From IMG/VR virus record IMGVR_UViG_3300027742_000026: DNA of 34,032 nt; one strand, written 5' to 3'. Positions within the stretch are counted from its first letter, which is position 1. Each line of letters begins with the position of its first letter. Below are positions 16,675-27,189 of this stretch, one piece after another. The notes under the pieces are model-generated. The model saw nothing but the letters and a program-made list of their open reading frames with translations. It was not told the DNA's origin and made no database searches. The stretch is from a virus. The position numbers and the translations under genes are program-made.

Positions 16675-18994
16675 GGTATTAGTACAAGCAAATATTGAGC
16701 AGTTTCAAAAACAGATGTCAATTGTTCAAAATCAAATGACAGAGTTGGGGAATGTGTCCAAGCAAACAGGAAAGGCAGTCAGTGGGAGTTTTACAGGAGG
16801 GGTATTCAAAGCAAATATTTTCTCTCAGATACTACTCAAAACAATAGGAAAATTGGGCAATATGATGTTCAATGTGGGCAAACAGGTCATGATGGCAGGT
16901 ACTCAATTGACCAGAATGAGGGTTGCAACAAATACATTGGCAAGGAATGTGGGAATTAGTGTTGGAGAAATAAATGATTTGAGAAAGTCATTAGCAGAGG
17001 CAAATACCTATGGAATCAAGGCAGAACGAGTTATCAGTTCATTGACAAGGTCAGGATTGTGGGAGATGTCAAAAGGGATGGAGGTTGTGGATGCCAGAAC
17101 AGGAGAATTGACAAAAGGTTTGAATGCATTGGTATTGGTCATGAAAGACTTGGGTGCAAGTGCAGGGTTGTCATCATCAGAGGCAATTGCAAAGGTCACA
17201 GAGTTTATTGATAGTGGTGTCACCTCCAGTGTAAAGGGCATGATTGCAATTGGAGACTTGGGTGCAGAATACAAGATGTATGGCAGGACACTAAATAAAT
17301 CAAGAGAGGACATGACAGCAGTTGAGTTGGCACAAGCCAGAATGAATCTTGTTATGAGGGAGGGGAAAAAGGCATGGGGTTCATACTCAGATGCATATAC
17401 CACAGCAGGAAAGATGTTGGGTTCAATCAAGGATGCAATGAGTTCAATTTTTGAGGAGTTGGGCAGTGCATTAGAACCAATGTGGGCATCAATAACAGGA
17501 GGTGTGTTGGAGTTTGTAGCAAGTGTCAGAAACTTTTTGATTGATAATACAGAGACAATCAGGGCATGGGCAACAAAAATTGCAGGAACATTGCAGTGGT
17601 TGGTTCAATCAATTGGAAAATTACTGATGCAATTGCCCAAGATAGGTGGGTATTTTGAAAAGGTTGCAAACTTTCAAGTCAAGAGTGCAAAGGCAGGAGG
17701 CAAACAGGCAAAGTCATTGAGTGGTGTCACAGAGGAAATGGATGATGCCACAGGCAGTGCAAAGGAATTGAAAAAAGCACAGCAGGATTTGGCAAGTTTT
17801 GATGAAATGAATGTACTCAAAGAACAGGAGGCAGGGGGAGGTGGGAATGTTGGAGGTACTATGTTGCCAGACCCACAAGAGACAGAGGGATTATTGGCAG
17901 GTATTGATGAGGCAATTGGGAGGTTTTCTCAAAGTGTAAAAGACAAGATGCAACCAGTGATTGATAAACTCAAAGAGATGTTTGCCCCAATGGTTGAATT
18001 ATGGAATAAATGGGTGAAACCAGCATGGGATGGTTTGATTGCACAGGTGAAAATGTTGGGCAATACAATCAAAAACTCCCCTATCATGCCAATTTTAGAG
18101 GTGTTGGCAGAGGTGTTGGGTGTGATTATAGTTGGGGCAATAGGAATTGTTATCAATGCATTCACAGGTTTGATTGCATATGTTGAGTTTTTGGTGATTA
18201 GATGGTCAATAGGTTTTGAGGCAATGGTTGATTGGTTGTCAGAGGTTATACTCAAAGTCAGGGATTGGTTTTCAAAGTGGGGAGATGCAGTTGATGGAAT
18301 CAAACAGTATTTCAAAGGGTTGATACAGTTTTTCACAGGTATATTCACAGGCAATTTTTCAAAGGCATGGGCAGGAATCACAAACATATTGGGAGGTGCA
18401 TTCAAGTTTTGGAAAAACATTTTTGGGAATATCAAAAGGATTGCCATTGATGTGTTCAGTGAAATCAAATCAAGAATCAGTTTGTATATAGAGGGTTTCA
18501 AAAATATATTCAAAGGGATGGTCAAGTTTGTGTCAGGAGTGTTCAAAGGGGATTGGAAAAAAGCATGGCAGGGAGTCATTCAGGTATTTGCAGGAATATT
18601 TCAACAATTGGTTGCTATATTCAAGACTCCAATGAATGTCATCATTTCAGGAATCAATACATTCATTAGGGGTATCAACAGAATCAAGATACCAGATTGG
18701 GTTGGTGGTGCTATTGGAGGGAAAGGTTTTCACATCCCACAGATGCAGAAACTAGAACAAGGTGGTGTTGTAGAAAGCCAAACAATTGCTATGATTGGAG
18801 AGGCAGGGAGAGAGGTGGTCATGCCATTAGATAGAAATACAGGATGGATTGAGGAGTTAGCAGGGAAAATCAATGCAGGTGGTGGCAACATGAATCTGAC
18901 TGTTAAAATAGGAGAGGACAAAATATATGACAAGTTAATTGACTATATAAATGACAAATCATATAGAACACAAAATAATTTTTTGAGAATATAA
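16652..18994 (+). CDS. Tape measure protein
   Basis: 780 aa. It has long helical and hydrophobic stretches (PILEVLAEVLGVIIVGAIGIVINAFTGLIAYVEF) and repeated F..G.F.G.W motifs. It sits after the G/T chaperones. Confidence 0.85.
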   Translation: MATLDSIEVLVQANIEQFQKQMSIVQNQMTELGNVSKQTGKAVSGSFTGGVFKANIFSQILLKTIGKLGNMMFNVGKQVMMAGTQLTRMRVATNTLARNVGISVGEINDLRKSLAEANTYGIKAERVISSLTRSGLWEMSKGMEVVDARTGELTKGLNALVLVMKDLGASAGLSSSEAIAKVTEFIDSGVTSSVKGMIAIGDLGAEYKMYGRTLNKSREDMTAVELAQARMNLVMREGKKAWGSYSDAYTTAGKMLGSIKDAMSSIFEELGSALEPMWASITGGVLEFVASVRNFLIDNTETIRAWATKIAGTLQWLVQSIGKLLMQLPKIGGYFEKVANFQVKSAKAGGKQAKSLSGVTEEMDDATGSAKELKKAQQDLASFDEMNVLKEQEAGGGGNVGGTMLPDPQETEGLLAGIDEAIGRFSQSVKDKMQPVIDKLKEMFAPMVELWNKWVKPAWDGLIAQVKMLGNTIKNSPIMPILEVLAEVLGVIIVGAIGIVINAFTGLIAYVEFLVIRWSIGFEAMVDWLSEVILKVRDWFSKWGDAVDGIKQYFKGLIQFFTGIFTGNFSKAWAGITNILGGAFKFWKNIFGNIKRIAIDVFSEIKSRISLYIEGFKNIFKGMVKFVSGVFKGDWKKAWQGVIQVFAGIFQQLVAIFKTPMNVIISGINTFIRGINRIKIPDWVGGAIGGKGFHIPQMQKLEQGGVVESQTIAMIGEAGREVVMPLDRNTGWIEELAGKINAGGGNMNLTVKIGEDKIYDKLIDYINDKSYRTQNNFLRI

Positions 18995-18998
18995 CAAA

Positions 18999-19370
18999 AT
19001 GGCAGAATTGACATACCTGTGCAAAATTGGGACAACAGATTTGACTCCCTATATGACAAGTTTTGAGGTGGGATATGAGGAGTTGTGGAGTGATGGTGAA
19101 AGAAATATGGCAGGAAATCTCAAAGCAACATTCATTGGAACAGTCCCCAAGATATATATCAAGTTCAGACAAATGACAAAGGCAGAAATGAGTACAGTTA
19201 TGACATTACTCAATGGACATTCATTCACAGTATATTGGTGGGATGAGGAGTCAGACACATACAGGAGTGGGACATTTTACAGAGGGGAAATGAAAATTGG
19301 TATTAGAGATTTAGACACAGAATTATACAAACAGTTAACAGTTAATTTGATTGCATTCAACAAATTATGA
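18999..19370 (+). CDS. Small distal-tail-like protein (by position)
   Basis: 123-aa ORF directly after the tape-measure gene. Its stop overlaps the next start. Confidence 0.4.
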   Translation: MAELTYLCKIGTTDLTPYMTSFEVGYEELWSDGERNMAGNLKATFIGTVPKIYIKFRQMTKAEMSTVMTLLNGHSFTVYWWDEESDTYRSGTFYRGEMKIGIRDLDTELYKQLTVNLIAFNKL

Positions 19371-21574
19371 TAGGAGTCAGCACTGATTTCAAAACAGCCA
19401 TCAAATCAGAGGGCAGACAACTCAGGGCATATCTCAAACAGGGGATAACACAACTCACAGAATCGGATGATTTGCAGTCATTGGATATTATTGCAGAGGG
19501 AGGGTTGTGCACAACAGTGATGAGGGAGGCAAATGCAACACATTTTGGAACATATACTTTTTTGGACACAGATGTCAATTTGGGAATAGGGGTTGTTTTA
19601 CCAGATACCAGTGTTGAATATATTGATTATGGAACATTCAAAGTGGTTGAGGTTGAACAGAATGTTGGTAGTGGTGTCAGTAGTATCAAGATGTATGACA
19701 AGATGTATGATGCAATGCAAAGATTTGAAATTACTCCAACATACCCAGTGACAGTATTGGAGTTGGTTCAAGCAATTTGCACAGAGTTGGGATGGACATT
19801 AGCAACAACATCATTTGTAAATGATAGCATATCAATTACCAGTGATTTGTTTACAGAACCACAGATGTCATATAGGGATGTTCTCAATCAGGTGGCAGAG
19901 GCAAGTGGTTCAATTATATACTTTGACACAGATGATGAGTTAGTCATTAGAAACATATCGGACACAGTATCGGACACTTTAACAGTAGACCACATGATGT
20001 CTCTCAAATTAGAGCCAGTCTATGGGGAATTGAATAGTGTTGTATTGAGTAGAATGCCCCAAGAGGACAATATTGTTGACCAAGACAGTACAAGCATTGA
20101 AACCTATGGACTCAATGAATTGAAAATCATCAACAATGACATCATGGATGGGAACAGAGAAACATATGTGACTCCACTATTCTCTCAATTGAATGGTTTG
20201 ATGTACTATCCATTTGAGGCAGAAACAATGGGATTAGCATACTTTGAGGTTGGGGACAGAATCAAGATGCAGGACTTGGCACTCAATGAGTTTGAGGTAG
20301 TTGTCATGAATATAGAATTGAATATGTCAGGAGGTTTGAATGAGAGGTTGTGGGCAGATGTCCCAGAACATACAACCACACCATACGATTATGCAGGAAT
20401 CATTGGACAGACTATCAAGAACACAGAAATTATTGTCAACAAGCAAGAGGGTGAGATAGAGATATTGAACAGTCAAATGGAAACTGTTGCAACAGTACCA
20501 ACCCAACCAACAGCCCCAGATGACCCAGAGGTTAATGACCTATGGTTGGACACAGATGACAATGTCATATACATATGGGATGGCAGTGTATGGCAACCCA
20601 CAGGACTCACAGAGGATGATTTGACCAATTACTACACCAAAGAGGAGACAGATTCACAGATAACATTGACAGCAGACCAAATCAACCTATCAGTTGAGGC
20701 AACCCAGACCACAGGTTCAAATGCCATGCAGTTAGCAGAGGACAACAATGAGGAGTTAGACAGTGTCCAAAGCCAATTGACAGACTTGGAATTGACAGTT
20801 GGTGGGTTAGATTTGACAGTTTCAGAGAGTGGAGGTTCAAACCTATTGGTCAACTCAACAGGACTCAAAGGAACAGTTGAGGAATGGCAGGTGTTTGATG
20901 TGGATGGCAATTTGGTTGATGTTGACAATGATGCAACAGTGATTCAGACAACCAATGTAATAGAAAACACAGAGAGTGGTTCAGGTATTCAAATTGATGA
21001 GCAGTATATTGTGCAAAACATTTCAACAATTGTTGGAGGGTCATACACTTTTTATTGCAGGTTCAAAAAACTCAATGACTTGGATATGGACATCACAGGG
21101 GTTGTGGATACAGTCTCAGTGACAATTGATGACTATGTGGATGAGACATGGGCAATATTCAAGTATTCATTTGAGGCAAAAGAGACAGTGACCACAATCA
21201 AGATATCCAATGTGGACAGTGGGGTTAGTAGTTATGCAATTTTGTCTGATATGGTTTGTTTGTTAGGGGACATCAATGGTTGGGTTCAGAGCCCAAATGA
21301 GGTGTATGGGAACAATTACAGGTTTGACAAGGATGGTTTCTCAATCGCAAGTTTGACAGACCCATTCAAAGCAGTATTGGACAATACGAGGTTGGGTATT
21401 TATGACACCAGTTCAGGAACAGACAGAAATATCGCCCTTTTTAGTAAAGATGAGGGTTTGATTACACAACTGATAGCACAAGACGAGTTGACAATTCAGA
21501 GATATGAGAACACCAACAAGGCAACCAGATTCATAGCAACAAGCACAGGATGTATGATAACAGTTAATAACTAA
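19367..21574 (+). CDS. Tail tip / baseplate structural protein (Tal-like minor structural protein)
   Basis: 735 aa. The N-terminal region, a coiled segment (EIEILNSQMETV) and the motif LWLDTDDNVIYIWDGSVWQP are common in siphovirus tail-tip proteins. Confidence 0.6.
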   Translation: MIGVSTDFKTAIKSEGRQLRAYLKQGITQLTESDDLQSLDIIAEGGLCTTVMREANATHFGTYTFLDTDVNLGIGVVLPDTSVEYIDYGTFKVVEVEQNVGSGVSSIKMYDKMYDAMQRFEITPTYPVTVLELVQAICTELGWTLATTSFVNDSISITSDLFTEPQMSYRDVLNQVAEASGSIIYFDTDDELVIRNISDTVSDTLTVDHMMSLKLEPVYGELNSVVLSRMPQEDNIVDQDSTSIETYGLNELKIINNDIMDGNRETYVTPLFSQLNGLMYYPFEAETMGLAYFEVGDRIKMQDLALNEFEVVVMNIELNMSGGLNERLWADVPEHTTTPYDYAGIIGQTIKNTEIIVNKQEGEIEILNSQMETVATVPTQPTAPDDPEVNDLWLDTDDNVIYIWDGSVWQPTGLTEDDLTNYYTKEETDSQITLTADQINLSVEATQTTGSNAMQLAEDNNEELDSVQSQLTDLELTVGGLDLTVSESGGSNLLVNSTGLKGTVEEWQVFDVDGNLVDVDNDATVIQTTNVIENTESGSGIQIDEQYIVQNISTIVGGSYTFYCRFKKLNDLDMDITGVVDTVSVTIDDYVDETWAIFKYSFEAKETVTTIKISNVDSGVSSYAILSDMVCLLGDINGWVQSPNEVYGNNYRFDKDGFSIASLTDPFKAVLDNTRLGIYDTSSGTDRNIALFSKDEGLITQLIAQDELTIQRYENTNKATRFIATSTGCMITVNN

Positions 21575-21591
21575 CATTTGAAAAATACAAT

Positions 21592-23730
21592 ATGTCATTA
21601 TCAGGCAATTTTGATGGGAGTTTCACAGGAGTACCATCAACAAATAGAAAACCAAAATTGTATTGGAGTGCAACTCAAGATGTTGCAGGGAATTATAGTG
21701 ATGTGACATTGACTCTATATTTTTGGTTGTTGAGTAGTACATATTATGCATATAACCTCAATGAGGGTGGTGCATCAGCCCATTGGAATACAGGAAATAT
21801 CAATGGGACAACATCATACACATACACACCATTTGATACTAGAAATCAATCAGGCAATGTTTTTATCAGGCAAATCACAACAAGGGTTAATCACAACACA
21901 GATGGGTCAAAAACATGTTGGTTGGGTTGGTCAGGAGACACACACACCAATATGGAAACATACAACTTTGGACAGACTGTCACATTAAACACCATCCCAA
22001 GACGAGCAACAATCACAAGTACCCTATCCCATACAATAGGAAACAATCTCTCATATACACTGTCAAATGATGGTGCTTTGTATGTCAAATTAGTTTTGTA
22101 TGTTTGGAATGGTAGCAGTTATGACCAAGTCATATCATCAAACAGGGGCACAGGAACAAGTGGCACAATCACATTGGGCAGTACACAAAACAATATCATG
22201 TACAATGCCATGCCCAACAATACAAACAGGACAGCAATACTCAGGGCATACACATATTCAGATAGTGGATACAGTAGTCAGATTGGGGATTATCATGATG
22301 TCACAGGAACAATATATATAAATCAGACAATCAATAAACCAACATTCACCACATACACAGTAGAAAATGTGGACAAGACTGTGGACAATGTGGACAAGTA
22401 TTCAAACACCCTTGTATCCAGTTCAACAGCAACCCTGTTGGGAGACTCATCAAAACTCATCAAAGGACATTCAAAAGCAAGGGCAGTGGTGACCACAGCA
22501 AACAAAATGGTGGCACTCAATTATGCAACAGCAGTGAAATATAGATATGTATCAGGTTTGTCATATAAAGAGGAGAATTACAGTGGTAGTAGTACAGTCA
22601 ATTTGGATATAGATAATGCATCAAGTGGTACAACATCAGTCACAGCATACGATTCAAGAGGTTTGACAACAACAGCCAATCAGTCATTTACCTATGTTGC
22701 AGATTATAGCATGGTGTCACTATGGGGTTTGAGGTTTGAGAGGGACAATGGGGTTGATACAAAAACCAAATTGATAGTGAGTGGTTCATATTTCAATGAG
22801 TATTTTGGTGGTGGTACATCAGGAGTACAAAACACAATCACAGCACATTGGAGATATAAAGAGACAACAGAATCATGGGGTGCACAGACTTGGACAGCAG
22901 TCACTCTCACAGATACAGATGGAGACCTTTCATATGAGGATTATATTGAGGGAGATTTGGGAGTGAATGGTTTTGATGCAGAGAAATCCTATAACATAGA
23001 GGTGAGGACATATGACAAATTGACCAATACCATAGTGGAGGCAATTTTATCTGTTGGTACACCAGTTTTGGATATAACCAATGGTGGGGTTGCTATCAAA
23101 AAAAGGTATGACAGTGATGTGGGGGGTAGTTTGCAAGTTGATGGTGCAAGGTGGTTGCCAGTTGCAACCATATTGGAGTTTGCAGGTAGCAGTGCCCCAA
23201 ATGGGTATTTGCTTTGTAATGGGAGTGCAGTCAGCAGAACAGATTATGCAGATTTATTTGATGTTGTTGGAACAACATATGGCAGTGGGGATGGTTCAAC
23301 AACTTTCAATGTGCCAAACAGAAAAGGAAAGGTTGGGGTTGGTTTTGACAGTGGGGATACCAGTTTTGATGCATTAGGAGAGACAGGTGGTGCAAAGAAT
23401 GTGACCCTCACATCAGCACAATCAGGACTCCCAGCACATTCACATTCAAACACAGCACATGACCATACACAGGATAGTCACTATCATGGTGCATATTACA
23501 AATATTTTTCAGGATTGACAGGGGAAAGTGGCACAAGTGGTTGGGCATTACTCAGGAGAAATGAGGCAGGAGATTCCTATTATGGGACAGATACAAATGC
23601 AATCCACAGCAAGGTGGCAAACAACCAAACATCATCCATTTCAATCTCAAATAATGCAACACAAAATGCAAGTTCAAGTCATACAAACTTGCAACCATAT
23701 ATTACATTTAATTATATAATCAAAACATAA
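21592..23730 (+). CDS. Tail fibre with C-terminal phage tail-collar domain
   Basis: 712 aa. The C-terminus reads FAGSSAPNGYLLCNGSAVSRTDYADLFDVVGTTYGSGDGSTTFNVPNRKGKVGVG...GGAKNVTLT...LPAHSHS, the classic tail-collar signature. Confidence 0.75.
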   Translation: MSLSGNFDGSFTGVPSTNRKPKLYWSATQDVAGNYSDVTLTLYFWLLSSTYYAYNLNEGGASAHWNTGNINGTTSYTYTPFDTRNQSGNVFIRQITTRVNHNTDGSKTCWLGWSGDTHTNMETYNFGQTVTLNTIPRRATITSTLSHTIGNNLSYTLSNDGALYVKLVLYVWNGSSYDQVISSNRGTGTSGTITLGSTQNNIMYNAMPNNTNRTAILRAYTYSDSGYSSQIGDYHDVTGTIYINQTINKPTFTTYTVENVDKTVDNVDKYSNTLVSSSTATLLGDSSKLIKGHSKARAVVTTANKMVALNYATAVKYRYVSGLSYKEENYSGSSTVNLDIDNASSGTTSVTAYDSRGLTTTANQSFTYVADYSMVSLWGLRFERDNGVDTKTKLIVSGSYFNEYFGGGTSGVQNTITAHWRYKETTESWGAQTWTAVTLTDTDGDLSYEDYIEGDLGVNGFDAEKSYNIEVRTYDKLTNTIVEAILSVGTPVLDITNGGVAIKKRYDSDVGGSLQVDGARWLPVATILEFAGSSAPNGYLLCNGSAVSRTDYADLFDVVGTTYGSGDGSTTFNVPNRKGKVGVGFDSGDTSFDALGETGGAKNVTLTSAQSGLPAHSHSNTAHDHTQDSHYHGAYYKYFSGLTGESGTSGWALLRRNEAGDSYYGTDTNAIHSKVANNQTSSISISNNATQNASSSHTNLQPYITFNYIIKT

Positions 23731-23951
23731 TGGAAAACAAACTACAAGCAACAAAAGATAGTGAAAAGTTCATTGGGAATATGACCATCAATGGCAGAAA
23801 ATACAAGTGGCATATCAATACAGATTTCAAATTGATAGTGGAGTTGGACAGTGAACAGGGAGGTGATTTGAATGACACTGACAGGCAGACTCTCAAAGAG
23901 GTCATCAAAAGTGGAGACCCAAGAATGGGGAATGATATAATGACTAAATAA
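23730..23951 (+). CDS. Hypothetical protein
   Basis: 73-aa ORF whose start overlaps the fibre-gene stop (TAATG). Confidence 0.5.
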   Translation: MENKLQATKDSEKFIGNMTINGRKYKWHINTDFKLIVELDSEQGGDLNDTDRQTLKEVIKSGDPRMGNDIMTK

Positions 23952-23968
23952 TGTATGCATGAAAACAA

Positions 23969-24196
23969 ATGGACATAGAAACAGCAAAACAGATTACCAA
24001 AGATATAACAGAATGCAAAATGATGTTGACAAACTCTATCAAGGACATTGCAAAATTAGAGCAGGGGAAATGTTCAAAAGAAAATGTTTGTCACTTGGCA
24101 GAGAGGATTTCAAAAGTGGAGGGGAATCTGTCAAAAATTGTTTGGATAGTTTTGAGTGCAGTTATTGGTGCAATTTTGATGTTGGTTTTGAAATAA
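23969..24196 (+). CDS. XhlA-like lysis-associated membrane protein
   Basis: 75 aa. A coiled N-terminal part is followed by one C-terminal transmembrane helix (IVWIVLSAVIGAILMLVLK), as in PBSX XhlA. It was chosen over the overlapping alternative-frame ORF 23959-24201. Confidence 0.5.
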   Translation: MDIETAKQITKDITECKMMLTNSIKDIAKLEQGKCSKENVCHLAERISKVEGNLSKIVWIVLSAVIGAILMLVLK

Positions 24197-24213
24197 TTTA
24201 GAAATATTGTAAA

Positions 24214-24663
24214 ATGAATATTATGAGAAAGTTATATAATTGGAAAGTGACAGAGTGGGCACTCAATATTGTTCTATTTGGTGTTTTAATCCTCTTTGGA
24301 ATATGGATATATTGGTTGTTTGGGGAATATAATATATTGACACCAATGGAGGGCAATTATCAGTTGGACAAAACAGTGTACAAAAGGGGAGAGGCACTCT
24401 CTATTCATTTTAGAATATGCAAGAACAGAGGTTTTGTAGAGGATATATATGGAAAGTTTGTTGATGGGGTTATATTCTCAGTACCAGAAAACACCAGTGA
24501 TTTTGAGATGGGATGTTATGATACATATATCTCCAGTGTTTCAATCCCAGAGACACTCCCAGAGGGGAAATATATTTACATGGAGGATATTGTCTATCAA
24601 GTGAATCCAATTAGGACTATTGAATATACATTCACCACACCAGAGTTTGAGGTGATAGAATAA
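24214..24663 (+). CDS. N-terminally membrane-anchored hypothetical protein
   Basis: 149 aa with a transmembrane segment WALNIVLFGVLILFGIWIYWLF followed by a soluble domain. Confidence 0.5.
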   Translation: MNIMRKLYNWKVTEWALNIVLFGVLILFGIWIYWLFGEYNILTPMEGNYQLDKTVYKRGEALSIHFRICKNRGFVEDIYGKFVDGVIFSVPENTSDFEMGCYDTYISSVSIPETLPEGKYIYMEDIVYQVNPIRTIEYTFTTPEFEVIE

Positions 24664-24679
24664 TTTTAGCATTTACAAC

Positions 24680-24940
24680 ATGGCAAAAGCCCAAAGACCA
24701 TTAAAACAGACGAGGAGTGCATATCAGGGAAAGAATATCAAAACAACAGGCAAAAAGGTCAACAGGAGAACACTCAAAAGGAAAATAGCAAAATATCATA
24801 TGGGTAGGAGTTATGCATCAACCATTGGATTGGTTGAGACAGCAGAGTATGAGGCATTGGATTATTTGATGTTGCAAAATGGGAGGTATCTGTTAAAACA
24901 GAACAACGAGAGAATGCATTTTAATTTTAGGAGAACATAG
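24680..24940 (+). CDS. Hypothetical basic protein
   Basis: 86-aa ORF with a Lys/Arg-rich N-terminus. Confidence 0.45.
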   Translation: MAKAQRPLKQTRSAYQGKNIKTTGKKVNRRTLKRKIAKYHMGRSYASTIGLVETAEYEALDYLMLQNGRYLLKQNNERMHFNFRRT

Positions 24941-24942
24941 TT

Positions 24943-26046
24943 ATGGCAGACAGCAAGTTGCAAGAGTTGACAAAAATCACAACTCCCCAAAATGATGATT
25001 TACTGTATGTTGTGAGAAATGAAAATGGAACATACACAGACAATCAGATTGCAAAAAGCAATCTCATACCAGATGTGGATGTACCCAGTGATATGTCAGA
25101 ATTGACAGACACCACAGGGGTGATACCCAGTGATGTGTCAGAATTAGCAGACAGTACAAATGTAATACCAAAGGATGTGTCAGAATTGACAGATAGTACA
25201 GATGTGATACCAGAGGATGTATCAGAATTGACAGATACAACGGATGTGATACCTAGTGATGTTTCAGAATTGACAGACAGTACAAATGTAATACCTAGTG
25301 ACATATCAAGCAATGTTTTACTATTAAACAACACAACAGAGTTTACACCAGATGCAGACTACGAACCATCAACCAAGAAATATGTTGATGACAATGCAGG
25401 TGGGACAGTAGTAGACAGGATATATGAGGCATATACATTTGAGGATATGGGGGACAATAATGTGTACTACAAAACTGTGAGTGGTTCAGGGAGTTTGGCA
25501 CTCACACACAAAAATGCAGGGGTTGAATTGCAAATCTCAACAACAAATGGTTCATATGTAGAATTGAAACCAACAAACAGGATGACAGGGAGAAACCTGT
25601 GGAATTGCAACCCAGTATGGGGAATTACATTAGCAACACAGGGGTATGGTTGGGCAACACATTGCACATTTGACCTCAATTTTGGTTCAAGTGACATCAC
25701 AGATACAGGGTCATACATGGGATTTAGAATGAATACAGATGACGGAAAAATATATGCACAGAATTGCAATGGAACAACAAGAACAGCAACAGATACAGGG
25801 ATTGTATTTGCATCAACAGGGAATGCATGGATAGGGCATGATTTGGATTGCAAGATGACATCAGGTGAAAAAATAGAGTTCTATATTGATGGTGTTTTGA
25901 AAGCAACACACACAACAAATCTGCCAACAACATCATCTGATACAAAATGGATAGCAAGACTCACAAGGGTTGGTGAAAGTGGGAATCAGTACAATATGTA
26001 TTTGCAAATGGCAAATATCAGTTATGATATGGTTATACCAACATAA
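24943..26046 (+). CDS. Repeat-containing putative fibre / receptor-binding-like protein
   Basis: 367 aa. The N-terminus (LQELTKITTPQNDDLLYVVR) resembles phage fibre anchor regions. It has five and a half 14-aa tandem repeats and a beta-rich C-terminal domain. Confidence 0.55.
   Translation: MADSKLQELTKITTPQNDDLLYVVRNENGTYTDNQIAKSNLIPDVDVPSDMSELTDTTGVIPSDVSELADSTNVIPKDVSELTDSTDVIPEDVSELTDTTDVIPSDVSELTDSTNVIPSDISSNVLLLNNTTEFTPDADYEPSTKKYVDDNAGGTVVDRIYEAYTFEDMGDNNVYYKTVSGSGSLALTHKNAGVELQISTTNGSYVELKPTNRMTGRNLWNCNPVWGITLATQGYGWATHCTFDLNFGSSDITDTGSYMGFRMNTDDGKIYAQNCNGTTRTATDTGIVFASTGNAWIGHDLDCKMTSGEKIEFYIDGVLKATHTTNLPTTSSDTKWIARLTRVGESGNQYNMYLQMANISYDMVIPT
25084..25311 (+). repeat. In-frame 42-nt tandem repeat, 5 full copies plus a partial copy (PSDVSELTDSTNVI)
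   Basis: Copies lie at 25084, 25126, 25168, 25210 and 25252, with a partial copy at 25294. They differ at a few positions. Confidence 0.9.
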
Positions 26047-26064
26047 TTTTAGAACATAGGAAAA

Positions 26065-27069
26065 ATGACAACATACTACTACTCATCATTGTTCAAGAAA
26101 AGTGATGTGAGAATAACACAGGGGTACAAGATAACTCACAAGGCATTGGATTTATCAAGAGGGGTTGTCAGACAGCCAATATATTCTCCCAACAAATTGG
26201 GTAGTGGTACTGTGTCAAGAGTGGATACATCCTATGTATCAGGTGGCAAAACATACACAAACACATTGGTGGTATGGGTCAAGTATGACAATGGTATGAC
26301 AATGAAAATGTATCATGGACAGGTCAATGACAAAGTGGTCACTAAAGGGAAAAGAGTTTCAGTTGGACAACAGATATACAGAACAGGCAACACAGGATAT
26401 TCATTTGGAGACCATCTGCATGTTGCATTAGTCAATGCATCAGGTGGGACAGTCAATCCCACAGGATGGTTGATAAATGACAATGTGCCAGTTGCTAGTT
26501 TCAAAGTGGGAGACAAAGTTGTATTCACAGGTATTCAAAATGTCAGAAAGGGTGCAGGAGACAAGTTCAAGATTTTAGAGCAGACAATTGTTGGAGATAG
26601 GGCAACCATCATTGATGGTAGCAGGACAAGTCAAAACGAACAGTTTGGATTAGGAGAGGATGACTCATACACATGGTGGGATGTAAAGTTTGCAGGGGGA
26701 GGTACAGGTTGGATGGCAGATGTGGGAAAGTTCAAAATTGATACAGATGTCCCAGAGAGTCCCCAGTCGCCCTCAGAGGAGAGTGAATATCAAAAACAGA
26801 TAGAAACACTCAAAGGGCAATTGAGTGAATGTGAGGGGGCACTAGAGAATGCACAGGCAGATGTTTTGGGGGTGAGTGAGTCATTGGAGTTGGTCAAAGT
26901 GGAGAGAAATGAGTTCAAGAAAAAATTGGATAATATGACAATTGAGAAAAACACGATTGAAAATCAGTATAATGAAACGAAAAAAGAGTTGGATGAGTTG
27001 AAAGAGGGCAGAGATGATTGGATAAACAGATTAGCAGATATGTTGCATAAACTATTTGGAACGAAATAG
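26065..27069 (+). CDS. Endolysin: M23 metallopeptidase + SH3-like domain + C-terminal coiled coil
   Basis: HKALD (HxxxD) and GDHLHVAL (HxH) are M23 motifs. The middle FKVGDKVVF...WWDVKF...GWMA region is SH3b-like. The last roughly 95 aa are heptad-like and rich in E/K/L. Confidence 0.85.
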   Translation: MTTYYYSSLFKKSDVRITQGYKITHKALDLSRGVVRQPIYSPNKLGSGTVSRVDTSYVSGGKTYTNTLVVWVKYDNGMTMKMYHGQVNDKVVTKGKRVSVGQQIYRTGNTGYSFGDHLHVALVNASGGTVNPTGWLINDNVPVASFKVGDKVVFTGIQNVRKGAGDKFKILEQTIVGDRATIIDGSRTSQNEQFGLGEDDSYTWWDVKFAGGGTGWMADVGKFKIDTDVPESPQSPSEESEYQKQIETLKGQLSECEGALENAQADVLGVSESLELVKVERNEFKKKLDNMTIEKNTIENQYNETKKELDELKEGRDDWINRLADMLHKLFGTK

Positions 27070-27170
27070 TGACACCATCAACAGTCAGTCCCTATTGGGA
27101 TTTGTTTTTTGCAGTTGGGTTGGGAGTTTTGTTGTTGACTATGATACTATATGGTATTTTTAACAAATAA
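27069..27170 (+). CDS. Possible small membrane protein (33 aa)
   Basis: Hand-translated ORF with a GTG start overlapping the endolysin stop. It contains one hydrophobic helix, FFAVGLGVLLLTMILYGIF. The start codon is uncertain. Confidence 0.3.
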   Translation: MTPSTVSPYWDLFFAVGLGVLLLTMILYGIFNK

Positions 27171-27189
27171 TTTTAGGGAGTAATAGAGA

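Noticed and set aside
25084-25311. Tandem repeats considered as a CRISPR array or as a diversity-generating retroelement target.
   Set aside because: The units are contiguous 42-nt in-frame coding repeats with no spacers. No cas genes, no reverse transcriptase and no template/variable repeat pair with adenine-specific differences were found in the window.
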